64,000 nt of DNA from Candidatus Bathyarchaeota archaeon (GTDB lineage Archaea; Thermoproteota; Bathyarchaeia; Bathyarchaeales; Bathycorpusculaceae), in contig CAWEPZ010000003.1 in NCBI GenBank assembly GCA_963811105.1, positions 1-64,000 of the forward strand. Reading direction: 5' to 3'. Numbering within the stretch: position 1 is the stretch's first letter; each line of letters opens with the position of its first letter. The notes under the pieces were generated by a model. It did no database searches, had not been told where the DNA came from, and was given only the letters and a program-made list of their open reading frames with translations. Positions 52,283 through 62,738 of the stretch are shown in pieces. The position numbers and the translations under genes are program-made.

Positions 52283-52755
52283 AGCCGTACGAAGTTTTTG
52301 CTTCACGATTCGGCAGAAAAATCGCTTTCAACTCAGAAATGATTGTAGAAAAGGGGCAGCGATATTATCTTTTGAACCCTTACCTCAAAAAAATGTTGCC
52401 CACCGATTTTTATTACGCTGGCTTGTATATTGGTAAAGTGGGCAAGAATGGTGGTTTCTTTCCAAGCCTCAACCTATTGAATATGCTCGTGGCTGTAGCG
52501 TCGAATAAAGTTGTGGTAGATGCGAGGGCGGCTTGGCTTTTCACTTGTGGCAGAGACGTTTTTCGTGCTGCGATTGTGAAGATGATGGGCTCAAAGCATA
52601 AGGGAGATGCTACTTTGGTTATTAATGAGTTTGGTGAATGTCTTGGCTTTGGTACTATGCTGGATGACGTAAATATGGCTGAGGGGAAAGTTGCGATTAA
52701 GAATGTGCTTGATATTGGGGATTTCTTGCGAAGGGAAACGAGAGATAAGTTCTAG
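52279..52755 (+). CDS. Nip7-like PUA-domain protein
   Basis: WLFTCGRDVF, NEFGECLGFG and DIGDFLRRE; coupled to RsmB gene. Confidence 0.85.
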   Translation: MKPYEVFASRFGRKIAFNSEMIVEKGQRYYLLNPYLKKMLPTDFYYAGLYIGKVGKNGGFFPSLNLLNMLVAVASNKVVVDARAAWLFTCGRDVFRAAIVKMMGSKHKGDATLVINEFGECLGFGTMLDDVNMAEGKVAIKNVLDIGDFLRRETRDKF

Positions 52756-52921
52756 TCTTCTAAATCTTGATTAGTTTTGTAATTTTTCCGCGCTTCTGTC
52801 TTCTAAGTTAGGTTTATTTATCTAGAAATTGATTTTGTTTAGTGAACGTTCATTCAAACATTTTGGGGATAAGCTTATATATGTTTACGTTTTAACACAA
52901 ATCCAAAACATATGAATTGAT

Positions 52922-54394
52922 ATGGTGAAAGTTATGGATGAACAGGTCAAGAAAGCAATTGAAACCTTAAAAGCCAATAACATTCGATGGGTGCACTCAG
53001 CATTCGTTGATGTTAGAGGTATATTGCAAGACATGGTCCTTCCAGCCAGAGACTACTTAAGCGGAGCAGCATTCACGGAAGGTGTAGGCTTTGATGGCTC
53101 TTCAGTACGTGGCTTTAAGTCAATTGAAGAATCCGATATGATTTTCATGCCAGACGCAAAAACACTCGCCATAATGCCGTGGGAAACCGATGAAAAACAG
53201 AAAAGCGCCATAATTCTTGGTGATGCCTTGGAAGCATTCGGCGGCAAAGAGCCTTCTGTTACATGTCCAAGAGGCTACGTTGCAAAGAGAGCTATAAAAG
53301 CAGCTAAAGACATGGGTTACACTGGAATTTTCGCTCCTGAACTTGAACACTTCGTATTCACCTCAATTGATCCAACCAAACTAACCTGGGATCTTTGGGC
53401 TGCTCCCAAAAGCGGCGAAGGAGACGCGTGGGGTGCGCCAAGAGTTGTGCCAGAATCACCAGAAATAAAACCTGGTGGATTTATCCTAAGGCCCAAAGAA
53501 GCCTACTATCGAACTCCGCCAGAAGACACCACTGTCGCCTACAGAAACGAAGTCTCTCAAATTCTTGAAGATTACTTCGGCTTAACCATAGAGAAACATC
53601 ATCACGAAGTCGCTACAGTCGGCCAAGTAGAAATCGACTATAAATATGGAGAACTCCTCGAAACTGCTGACCGTGCACTGTATTTCAAATTCGTAGCCAA
53701 AAATATCGCTAAAAAACACGGTCTAATCGCAACTTTCATGCCGAAACCAATCTACCTTGACAACGCAAGCGGAATGCACGTTCACTCCAGTCTCTGGAAA
53801 GAGGGAAAGAACATCATGTACGATGGAAAAGACGAGTACGCAGAACTAAGCCAAATTGGCAGGTACTATGTAGGAGGAATCTTAGCCCACGCAAAAGCCC
53901 TAACCGCTGTGTGTTGTCCAACGGTAAGCAGCTACAAACGACTCGTTCCAGGCTTTGAAGCCCCAATCTACGTTATGTGGAGTCGCCGCAACAGATCATC
54001 TCTCGCAAGAATTCCCCTCTATTACAAAGGTGCCGGTTTCGCAGCGCAAAAAAGAGTTGAATACCGAGGGGTAGACCCATCATGCAACCCTTACTTAGCA
54101 TTCTCATGCATAATGATGGCCGGGCTTGATGGAATCAAAAAGAAACTTGATCCAGGCGACCCAGTAGACGAAGACGTTTACAAACTTAGCAAAGCAAAAC
54201 GCAAAGAACTTGGCATAAGAGAACTTCCAACTACACTCAAAGACGCATTAGACGAAATGGAATGCGACGCAGTTGTAAAAGAAACCCTCGGTAGCCACGT
54301 GTTCGACGCATTTATTGAGCTCAAAACAAACGATTGGAACCAATACTGCCTATACGTTTCTCCATGGGAAATAATGAAGTACCTAGACTACTAA
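52922..54394 (+). CDS. glnA: Glutamine synthetase type I (beta-like insertion)
   Basis: FDGSS, HHEVA, TFMPKP, SGMHVH, RLVPGFEAP and NPYLA motifs. Confidence 0.95.
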   Translation: MVKVMDEQVKKAIETLKANNIRWVHSAFVDVRGILQDMVLPARDYLSGAAFTEGVGFDGSSVRGFKSIEESDMIFMPDAKTLAIMPWETDEKQKSAIILGDALEAFGGKEPSVTCPRGYVAKRAIKAAKDMGYTGIFAPELEHFVFTSIDPTKLTWDLWAAPKSGEGDAWGAPRVVPESPEIKPGGFILRPKEAYYRTPPEDTTVAYRNEVSQILEDYFGLTIEKHHHEVATVGQVEIDYKYGELLETADRALYFKFVAKNIAKKHGLIATFMPKPIYLDNASGMHVHSSLWKEGKNIMYDGKDEYAELSQIGRYYVGGILAHAKALTAVCCPTVSSYKRLVPGFEAPIYVMWSRRNRSSLARIPLYYKGAGFAAQKRVEYRGVDPSCNPYLAFSCIMMAGLDGIKKKLDPGDPVDEDVYKLSKAKRKELGIRELPTTLKDALDEMECDAVVKETLGSHVFDAFIELKTNDWNQYCLYVSPWEIMKYLDY

Positions 54395-54655
54395 ACTAAA
54401 GCAAGCAAGAGTTTGAGTAAACCTCAACCTTGCTACAATTCTTTTTTTCATGCATTCTTTTTGAAAAATTAGATTAATTTTCAAGAATGCATGATTTTGT
54501 GGCTATCTTGGGTTCAAAATATCTGTGTTGATGTGGTGTTATGAACAGTTATGTATTTTTCCCAATTGTGTTTATTAAGCGTTAAAGATATTTATGCTTA
54601 AACCAATAATAAATAAATAGTTAATCAATTCTAAACAACAGGTGAAAAAGACAAA

Positions 54656-56020
54656 ATGAAGAATTACAAAGACGCTACTTGGAAAGAAAACGTAACTAAG
54701 GTAACCCAACAAATACGGGAACAAGAAATCAAATTTATCCGTCTCCAATTTACAGACATAAATGGTATACTGAAGAATTTAGCTGTATCAGGAAAAAACA
54801 TTGAATCAATTTTTGAGAACGGCCAATCTTTCGACGGTTCATCCATAACTGGCTACAGACCCATTGAAGAATCAGACATGGTGCTCTACCCCGACCCTAC
54901 TACCTTTGCAGTTTTGCCCTGGCGACCTAAAGAAAAATCTTCTGCACGACTTATTTGTGACATTTATACTCCTCAGAACAAGCGGTTTGATGGAGACCCA
55001 CGGTACATTCTTGAGCGGGCTGTTGAAAAAGCTTTCAAAGCGGGATACACATTCATTTGTGCTCCTGAACTTGAATTTTTTATAGTTAAAGAAAGTGAAA
55101 CTGGTGGCTTGCCTACGCCTATTGATTTAGCAGGCTACTTTGATTTTCACCCTGGAGATTTAACTGATGATTTGCGTCGTGAAATAGCTGATACCGCTGA
55201 AGCTTTCGGAATCGAAATAGAGATTTCTCATCACGAGGTTGCGCTCGGGCAAAACGAAATTGATTTCAAATATGGAGAAGCCCTGGAGACAGCTGACCGC
55301 GCAATAACTATGAAGATGTGTGGAAAAGTAGTTGCTGCTCGGAACGGATATGTAACCACATATATGCCTAAGCCTTTCCAAGGCATCAACGGTAGCGGCA
55401 TGCACTGTCACCAAAGCCTCTGGAATAAGGACATATCACAAAACCTCTTCTACGCAAACGATGAAAAGAATGGTTACCTCTCTGATTTAGCCCGAAACTA
55501 CATTGGTGGACAACTAGCTCATGGACGCAAAATGTGTGCAGTCCTTGACTCATGGCCAAACAGCTTCAAACGATTAGTCCCAGGCTACGAAGCACCAGTC
55601 TATCTTGCTTGGGCACACAAAAACCGTTCGCCGCTCATCCGAGTACCGAACTTTGGTGGAAGAAAACATGCTGCTCGATGTGAAATCCGCTGCCCAGACG
55701 GCGCTGGAAACCCTTATTTGCAGTTTGCTGTGCTTTTGGCAACTGGTCTGGACGGTATCAGGAACAAGATTGACCCAGGCGACCCAGTTGAACTCAACGT
55801 TTACCACATGTCTTATGAAGAACGCAAAGAACGCAATATAGTTTCGTTGCCAGAATCACTAAAAGAAGCTTTAGACGAGTTGGAAACTAGCGATTTAATG
55901 CGTGAAACACTTGGCGAAACTGCTTTTGAGAATTTTCTTGTTGAGAAACGGAAAGAATGGGATCTTTACCGAACCCAAGTAACTGAGTGGGAAGTCAACC
56001 GATACATTAAGCGACTCTAA
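54656..56020 (+). CDS. glnA: Glutamine synthetase type I (alpha-like)
   Basis: FDGSS, HHEVA, YMPKP, NGSGMH and RLVPGYEAP motifs. Confidence 0.92.
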   Translation: MKNYKDATWKENVTKVTQQIREQEIKFIRLQFTDINGILKNLAVSGKNIESIFENGQSFDGSSITGYRPIEESDMVLYPDPTTFAVLPWRPKEKSSARLICDIYTPQNKRFDGDPRYILERAVEKAFKAGYTFICAPELEFFIVKESETGGLPTPIDLAGYFDFHPGDLTDDLRREIADTAEAFGIEIEISHHEVALGQNEIDFKYGEALETADRAITMKMCGKVVAARNGYVTTYMPKPFQGINGSGMHCHQSLWNKDISQNLFYANDEKNGYLSDLARNYIGGQLAHGRKMCAVLDSWPNSFKRLVPGYEAPVYLAWAHKNRSPLIRVPNFGGRKHAARCEIRCPDGAGNPYLQFAVLLATGLDGIRNKIDPGDPVELNVYHMSYEERKERNIVSLPESLKEALDELETSDLMRETLGETAFENFLVEKRKEWDLYRTQVTEWEVNRYIKRL

Positions 56021-56064
56021 GCCCAAAAGGCTTTTTCTTTTTTTGTTTCTATTTTATTTATTCT

Positions 56065-57339
56065 TTATTTCTTGATTTCTTCAGCTATCTCTTTAATTTG
56101 AACAATTGTTTGTTCTCGTCTAGCCAGATTTCTAAGCATGACTGCGCCTTCTTTGAGTTCACGCTCGCCAACAATCACCGCATAGTCAACTTTGCGTTTA
56201 TCAGCATCTTCCAGTGCCTTTGCCATCTTGCGCCCCATAATTTCGAACTCCACAATAATTCCAGATTGCCTTAACGTCTGAGCTATTTTTAGGGCTTCAA
56301 CTTTCAATCTGTCATTCACTGAAAGAACAATAATCCTTTTTTCGTCCTTAGTTGCAAGTGCTGCTTTTTGCGTTTGCAAAGCAATAGCAACACGGTCAAT
56401 CCCATGTGCACAGCCCACTGCCGGTGTAGGTTCACCCCCAAATAATTCGATAAGTCTATCGTATCTGCCTCCGCCACCGAGAGCGATTTCTAATTGTGGA
56501 ATGTAGATTTCAAAAATCATCCCTGTATAGTATTCTAAGCCTCGGGCGAAGGCTGGCTCTACAGTCTGAACAGGGCACCCGCTTTCAACTATGAGTTTGA
56601 GGATTTCGCCGAGGTTTTCTGCTGCAGCCTTAGCCTTCTCGTAGCTTGAAACATAACCTTTTATTTTTTCTACGGTTTCAAAACAATCATTGGCTTTCAA
56701 CGCCAGTAAGCCTTTAAGCATACTGCGACATGGCTGCGTCGGGGCTAGCTCAAACGCTTCCTCATATTCCTTCTTATCCATGCGTTGCAAAATTGCGTTC
56801 TGGGTTTTTTCATCAACGTTCTCTTGGCTAAGAATCCCTCGAACCACGCCTATATGCCCTATTTTGAAGGCGTAACCTTGCAAACCTAACGTTTTCATTA
56901 AGCTGTTTGTTAAGAGAACGATTTCGGCATCTGCCTCCGGTCTGGTTGAACCCATGAGTTCAAAGTTTGATTGCCAAAACTCACGGTATCTGCCGCGTTG
57001 TGGCTCATCGTATCGGTAGACGCTGCCAACTGAGAAAAGTCTGAGTGGTTTTGGTTCGTTTTTTAGCGTGGTGGTTGTTAAGCGTGCGATTGAGGCGGTG
57101 AATTCTGGGCGTAGCGCCACTTGGCGCTCACCGAGGTCTTTGAAGATGAACATGCGTTGGCGAATTTCTTCGCCTGACTTGGCGCTAAGTAGCTCAAGTG
57201 GTTCTACCACTGGCGTGATGACTTCCTTGTAGCCGTAAACTGTGGCGGTTTCTCGGGCTTTAGCTATGATGTGTGTGAAAGTTTTTGCTTCTTCACCAAA
57301 TAGGTCTCTCATTCCACGAACTGTTTGGAAAGCGGGCAT
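56065..57339 (-). CDS. hisS: Histidyl-tRNA synthetase
   Basis: LRPEFT, GRYREFWQ, RGLEYYTG and GGGRYD motifs. Confidence 0.97.
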   Translation of the reverse strand: MPAFQTVRGMRDLFGEEAKTFTHIIAKARETATVYGYKEVITPVVEPLELLSAKSGEEIRQRMFIFKDLGERQVALRPEFTASIARLTTTTLKNEPKPLRLFSVGSVYRYDEPQRGRYREFWQSNFELMGSTRPEADAEIVLLTNSLMKTLGLQGYAFKIGHIGVVRGILSQENVDEKTQNAILQRMDKKEYEEAFELAPTQPCRSMLKGLLALKANDCFETVEKIKGYVSSYEKAKAAAENLGEILKLIVESGCPVQTVEPAFARGLEYYTGMIFEIYIPQLEIALGGGGRYDRLIELFGGEPTPAVGCAHGIDRVAIALQTQKAALATKDEKRIIVLSVNDRLKVEALKIAQTLRQSGIIVEFEIMGRKMAKALEDADKRKVDYAVIVGERELKEGAVMLRNLARREQTIVQIKEIAEEIKK

Positions 57340-57400
57340 ATCTTTTTCTCCGGCTTTTATGTTTCAATTAAAAGGGTTAGTTGTTCTTTTAAACTCTCGC

Positions 57401-58201
57401 TCAAGACTTGTATGCTTCTATTTCTATACGCATCATGCCAACATGAACTGTGCCTGCGCTGTCAGTTGGGTGCTCCTTTAGGTAGCGGTTAACGATTTCT
57501 TGAATAAATTTTGCCCTAAGTTCAATAGGCAATTTGTCTATGAAGGGCAACCATGTGGTCCTTACCCATCCTGCCAAGCCTTCGGCTCCACTGAATTGCA
57601 TGTCTTTAGGAAATAGCTCAACCCGCTCAGCCAGCAAACCCGATTCACGTAATAACGTCCGATATTCTTTTGTGTCGTAGAAGCCGTAAGGGAACGTCAT
57701 GTTAATGAAAAACTGCTTCCAAGGATCAACAGCCACCAGTTCATCAATAATGCTCAATATGTCTTTGGCGTTTCCTTTTCCAGCCATCTGAAACAGCAAC
57801 CTGCCGCCGGGTTTTAAGCTTCTTTGCAAGCCCGTAAGTACGGCTTTTTGGTCAACAATCCAGTGTAATGCAGCATTAGAAAATGCTATATCGAACTCCA
57901 TTTGGAAAGTTAGCTTTCGGGCATCCATGATTTGAAAGGAGAGGTTCGGGTAATCTCTTTGCTGAAAAGTAGTTTTCGCTAGATTTATCATTTTTTCTGA
58001 GCTGTCAATGCCTACTGCTTTGCCTTTTGGTAGGCATTTTGCGAGTTCTGCTGTGATTTTTCCGTCTCCGCAGCCTATATCTAGCAGTACCTCTGTACCT
58101 TGGAGTTTTAGTTTTGGAATTAGCTCTCTGGCCCATTGGAACTGGTTTTGGCTATTTTTGGCGTAGTCCTGCGCGTTCCAATTATAACCAGAGTTTTCCA
58201 T
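57401..58201 (-). CDS. Class I SAM methyltransferase (trans-aconitate MTase-like)
   Basis: WNAQDY, LDIGCGDG and FSNAALHW motifs. Confidence 0.9.
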   Translation of the reverse strand: MENSGYNWNAQDYAKNSQNQFQWARELIPKLKLQGTEVLLDIGCGDGKITAELAKCLPKGKAVGIDSSEKMINLAKTTFQQRDYPNLSFQIMDARKLTFQMEFDIAFSNAALHWIVDQKAVLTGLQRSLKPGGRLLFQMAGKGNAKDILSIIDELVAVDPWKQFFINMTFPYGFYDTKEYRTLLRESGLLAERVELFPKDMQFSGAEGLAGWVRTTWLPFIDKLPIELRAKFIQEIVNRYLKEHPTDSAGTVHVGMMRIEIEAYKS

Positions 58202-58214
58202 TCCACCACACCGC

Positions 58215-58763
58215 TTATTTGAATGTTAATTTCGAGACGGAGTAATAGACGATTTCGCCCCTGCGGTTCATAACTGCCAGTGTTAGCTCTTTCTTTTGGC
58301 TCTGACACTGCAGCAAAGCATCAGCTAATTTGTCTATGCCTAGTGGTTTGCCTTCTTGTGTGCTTAAAACCAAGTAAGGTGCAGTATCTTTTCCATAGCT
58401 GCCTCGCTCGTACATGCGAAAATCAATTCCTGCTCCAAAGCCTTCTCGTGCAACGTAGCCGCGGCTTCTAAGGTCACGGTAAACAAGGTAGTTAACCCAT
58501 GCATTCTCGTTTTGGTCTCCGTAACAGTGCAAAAGCCTTTGAAAATCTGCGGTTTTGCCTTTTTTATCCTTGACTTCAAGCATGCCTTTATCCACAAGAT
58601 AAAGCGCCTCGAAAAAAGTAAGAGTAAAAACCTCTTTCTCCAAAATGCCGTAACCGCGCGAAGAAAGTGCGTCTACACTGCTTTGCTCACTTATCATGAT
58701 TCCTTTATCTGTGAGGGTTCCGCTGGTTCTGAATTCTGCAGAAGCTTTTTTGGCGTCGCTCAT
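58215..58763 (-). CDS. endA: tRNA-splicing endonuclease subunit (probably structural)
   Basis: LTFFEALYL, YLVYRDLRSRGY and GIDFRMY; catalytic His absent. Confidence 0.85.
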   Translation of the reverse strand: MSDAKKASAEFRTSGTLTDKGIMISEQSSVDALSSRGYGILEKEVFTLTFFEALYLVDKGMLEVKDKKGKTADFQRLLHCYGDQNENAWVNYLVYRDLRSRGYVAREGFGAGIDFRMYERGSYGKDTAPYLVLSTQEGKPLGIDKLADALLQCQSQKKELTLAVMNRRGEIVYYSVSKLTFK

Positions 58764-59205
58764 AATTAGTCTAGCTTAAATCCATTTCAGCTTTTGCCTC
58801 TTTAACATTTCCCCAGAAATCTTTGGTTTCTTTTTGGCAGGATGACTAGACTTAAAAGCAGTCGATCTGGTTTAGACGTTTTATCGTTTTTAGTTTGATG
58901 ATATGGATAGTTTCTATTTGGCAGAATATTTTTGCGAAATTTTTTTTGTGTTTTGGATTGGTTTTTTGGTTCGGTTTCTGTTTTATTTGTAGGTTGCGTA
59001 TAGAATTATCGCAGATTATCGCGTTTCATTGCAAATCATCGCGAAAATTAAGGTTTTCTTACAACGATCCGAAAGGATATACATATCGCAATTCCGAGAT
59101 CTGCTTTATCACAATTGAAAGACAATGAGGCAAGCCTTGAAGACTTTGAACGTTGAGGAAACGCTTGAGCCAGGATAACACTATCTTAAGAGAATTTGCT
59201 TCACT

Positions 59206-60219
59206 CTATTTTTTGAAAGAACTGAAATCCTTGCTGTAGTAAATCTGTGTTTCGCTAATAATTGCTGACACATATTTTAGAGGCGTAATGTCGAAAGCTG
59301 GATTCATAACTCTGACGCCATCCGGGGCGATTTGAACAGAAGCGATATGCGTAACTTCTTCAGGGTTGCGTTCCTCAATAATAACATCCGACGCTTTATG
59401 TTGGAGGTCGAAGGTGGATTTTGGTGCTGCAACATAGAACGGTATGCCATGCTCATGCGCCAGCACAGCCACGGAGAATGTGCCAATTTTGTTAACTATG
59501 GCGTCTTGGACAATGCGGTCGGCGCCCACGATAACTTTGTTGACGAGGCCTCGATGCATTATCCAACCTGCCATATTATCCGTTATCAACGTTACAGGAA
59601 TTCCGTCCCGCATAAGCTCATAAGCTGTAAGCCTAGCTCCCTGCAGGAGCGGTCGGGTTTCGTCGGCGATAACTTTTATTTCTTTGCCTTGCTTCCAAGC
59701 CGCACGGATAACGCCTAAAGCCGTACCGTATTCTACAGTGGCCAGTTCACCCGCGTTACAATGCGTCAAAATTGTATCGCCGTCTTTGATGAGCATCGAA
59801 CCGTTCTCGCCGATTGCGCGATTCTGCTTTGCGTCTTCATTCGCAATTTTCTGAGCTTCACGAATAACTGCCGCTTTGACTTGTTCAATGTTACCTTGAA
59901 CATTTCGAGCCTTATTTAGAACGCGATCAACGCCCCAGAAAAGATTCACAGCTGTTGGTCGCTGATGCTTGATTGTGGCACCTGCATCCTCCAGCTCAGA
60001 TAACATTTTCTCTTTGGTTTTTGCTTTTGAATGATACGCTGCCAGTGCAACGCCGAATCCTGCGGCTGCGCCCAGTAGTGGAGCGCCTCTTACGCGGAGG
60101 GTTTTTATGGCTTCAGCCATCTGCTCCACTGTTTTAATTTCTAAGGTAACTTCTTGCAGGGGCAGTTTGGTTTGGTCTGGTGTTACAACTACCCCGTTTT
60201 TCCACAAGATCATTCGCAT
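59206..60219 (-). CDS. mtnA: S-methyl-5-thioribose-1-phosphate isomerase (eIF2B-alpha family)
   Basis: VRGAP, RPTAVNL, THCNAG, ETRPLLQG, NKIGT and NPAFD motifs. Confidence 0.93.
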   Translation of the reverse strand: MRMILWKNGVVVTPDQTKLPLQEVTLEIKTVEQMAEAIKTLRVRGAPLLGAAAGFGVALAAYHSKAKTKEKMLSELEDAGATIKHQRPTAVNLFWGVDRVLNKARNVQGNIEQVKAAVIREAQKIANEDAKQNRAIGENGSMLIKDGDTILTHCNAGELATVEYGTALGVIRAAWKQGKEIKVIADETRPLLQGARLTAYELMRDGIPVTLITDNMAGWIMHRGLVNKVIVGADRIVQDAIVNKIGTFSVAVLAHEHGIPFYVAAPKSTFDLQHKASDVIIEERNPEEVTHIASVQIAPDGVRVMNPAFDITPLKYVSAIISETQIYYSKDFSSFKK

Positions 60220-60291
60220 AGTTAGGTGCCCTCAAACGAGTTGTTAATGTTTAGTTAACGATGGCTGTGTTAAAACTTTCGATAACCTTAC

Positions 60292-60675
60292 CTAAAATCG
60301 CTGGACTAAATCAAAGAGGTTGCCGTAAAGGTCCTCAAAAACAACTTCAATGCCCCATACTTGCTCTTTTGGCTCGCCATAGAATTTTACGCCTTTCGCC
60401 TTCATTTCTTGGTAGTCTCTGCGGCAGTCATCCGTTTGCAAGGTTAGAAACACATGGTCTCCCGCTTGCTCACCCAACGCTTTTTGTTTATCTTCCGTAT
60501 CTGCTAAGACAAAAGTTAACTCTAACTCAGGTTGGTCTTTGGGCGAAACAGTAACCCACCGCATATCTTCCCAAACGATTTTGTCTTGTCTCTTTTGGAA
60601 ACTAAGTTTTTCAACGTAAAATTTTATCGCTTCATCAAAATCCTTGACCAACAGTGTTATGTGCCTTATCTTCAT
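60292..60675 (-). CDS. VOC/glyoxalase family protein
   Basis: HITLLVKD..AIKFY and FEDLYGNLFDL motifs. Confidence 0.9.
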   Translation of the reverse strand: MKIRHITLLVKDFDEAIKFYVEKLSFQKRQDKIVWEDMRWVTVSPKDQPELELTFVLADTEDKQKALGEQAGDHVFLTLQTDDCRRDYQEMKAKGVKFYGEPKEQVWGIEVVFEDLYGNLFDLVQRF

Positions 60676-60724
60676 CTCAGATTACTCCAAAAATAGATAA
60701 TAAAAATAATGGGAAATCCGTTTC

Positions 60725-61477
60725 TTAGGCTGAAGTGTCGAAGGGTGATTTCAGGGAAGTCACAACTTCAACTGGTGAGTCTTCACCCGACTTTAGCCGT
60801 TTCTTCCATTCTTCTCCAACGGCGATAAGTGAAAAGATTCCTGAAACTTCAGCTTTTGACTTCTTCACAAGAGTTACAAGTGCTTCTTGTGTTTCTCCGC
60901 TTTTAATCATGTCATCTACAATTAGTACGCTATCGCGTTTTTTGATGGCTTCTTTGGGAATATAGAGTGTTACAGTTACGCCTGAGTCTCTGCCTAGAAT
61001 GTATGTTTCATCAATGAATGCTTTAACTCCGACTTCTTTGTTGCGTTTTGCCACGATAAGGTTCACGCCTAATGCGTTGGCAACCATGGTGGCTAATGGA
61101 ACGCCGTCAACGGCTGCTGTTAAGACTTTTGTTACTCGTTTTCCAGCAAAATTTGCTAGGGCATAGTTGGCTGCTTGCTGAAGAATATTGTAGTCTCCAA
61201 CGATTTCGGTATTGTCGAAATAGCCAGTGTCATCAAACTTTATTCTGCTGCGTAATTCTGCTTCTAAACCAACCATCTTCGTGAGAACTCGCCAGAGTTG
61301 TTTGGCTCTTGCAGTATTTGGTAAAACGTGACCTTTTGCATAACGGCTTAAAACGGTGACTGGTAAGCCTGTTTTTGATGCCAATTCACGGTAAGTGATG
61401 TTTCGTTTGTATTTGGCTGTACGTAGCAATTCTATGGTCATTAAGCGAAGTTTCAAATCTTCTGCGTGAGTGCTCAA
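60725..61477 (-). CDS. HTH + phosphoribosyltransferase protein (PurR-like)
   Basis: TYRELASKTGL..VLSRY HTH; VLIVDDMIKSGET PRPP loop. Confidence 0.88.
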   Translation of the reverse strand: MSTHAEDLKLRLMTIELLRTAKYKRNITYRELASKTGLPVTVLSRYAKGHVLPNTARAKQLWRVLTKMVGLEAELRSRIKFDDTGYFDNTEIVGDYNILQQAANYALANFAGKRVTKVLTAAVDGVPLATMVANALGVNLIVAKRNKEVGVKAFIDETYILGRDSGVTVTLYIPKEAIKKRDSVLIVDDMIKSGETQEALVTLVKKSKAEVSGIFSLIAVGEEWKKRLKSGEDSPVEVVTSLKSPFDTSA

Positions 61478-61675
61478 ATTCTTTTCTCCTTTTATTTACA
61501 TTTATAAGTTAAATATTGAATATTTAACAATTGTTGTAGCTTGCCAATTTATAACTTTCTGTTTAAAATAACCCCAGCGTATCTAACGTGTATACAGAAC
61601 CAGAAAATGCTCTTCTTGTCTTTTGAACATTAAACTTTTTAAATAGTGAGTGAAGTGCTATATGAAAAGGGGGTT

Positions 61676-62229
61676 ATGTAACGCAGAGACTTAACAGATT
61701 ATTCATAACTGCGCTTTTCGGCTCAATCATCTTTGTTGTCAATGCTTTTCTTCCACCCCCAATAAACTATATACTAATCGTAGTTCAAGCAGTTCTGTTA
61801 TCCCTCAGCGGGTTGTTCGTTAAAAAATTCGGCGCAACCTATGTCGGAGCCGTTGGGGGGCTGTTAACCGCTCTGGGTAGCCCCGCTTTAGGTCCATTCA
61901 CGTTTATGTTCGCTTTCCTCTTCGGCCTTTTAGTTGATTGCTTCTTGTTTATTTTCAGAATCAACGCTACTTCGGAAGGCGTAAGTCGCAACAGGCTAAT
62001 GGCTGCTATGGCGTTTAGCACGATGTTGATCGGAATAATTAGTTACTCAGCTTTTGCTGTTTTTCCCCAGTTTGTTTCTCTTGCCCAATTTTCAGGTGTT
62101 GGCTTGTTTATTCAAAGAAGTACGATGCTTGATGCCCTTGTATTGTTCATGGGTCCAGCAACTGGCATAGTTTCTGGTTATGCTGCGTCGTACTTGTGGA
62201 ATAAGTACCTAAGGCATTTCCATATCTAG
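61676..62229 (+). CDS. Multi-TM membrane protein (ECF S-component-like); start region may have an indel
   Basis: Frame open from 61666 (LFITALFGSIIF...KKFGATYVG) but the nearest ATG is out of frame. Confidence 0.6.
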
Positions 62230-62495
62230 AGTGACAGCTGCTTAATTTTTTCGTCAACAAGCTTAGCAATCATTAAATTAGAAATAAACACGCATTTAAC
62301 ACCCAGCAACTCAGCCAGTTCAGCTGGCTTCTGATCTTGAGTTACAAGAATCAAACAATGCTTACCGGCGTATTCTACGATGTCTCGGTCTTTGGCGCTT
62401 TTTAGCCCTGCTTCTTGCGCAGTTAGTACTTGGTAACCTAGGGTTTCAAAATACTCTTTTAGGCCTGCATACATTTCATCAAGTAAGATTTTCAT
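62226..62495 (-). CDS. DUF5615 PIN-like protein
   Basis: ILLDEM, AKDRDI and LVTQD motifs. Confidence 0.85.
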   Translation of the reverse strand: MKILLDEMYAGLKEYFETLGYQVLTAQEAGLKSAKDRDIVEYAGKHCLILVTQDQKPAELAELLGVKCVFISNLMIAKLVDEKIKQLSL

Positions 62496-62738
62496 ACTAT
62501 ATCGATGTTTATTTTGCTGTCCAAATTAATTAGATTTTGTCCTTTAATGATGACTGTTATCTTAGGGAAGCTTGCAAACGCACTAATATTGTTGAAAAAT
62601 TGTAAAATTACTATCTCATTTTTCTTAATGAAGAGTTAGCGGTTAACCGTTGATGGGCTGGTTGGCGTTTTTACAATCTAGCAAGCACAAGGATAATATA
62701 GATATTCATTAGATCTTGTTTGCACTGGTGCCGTTGCC

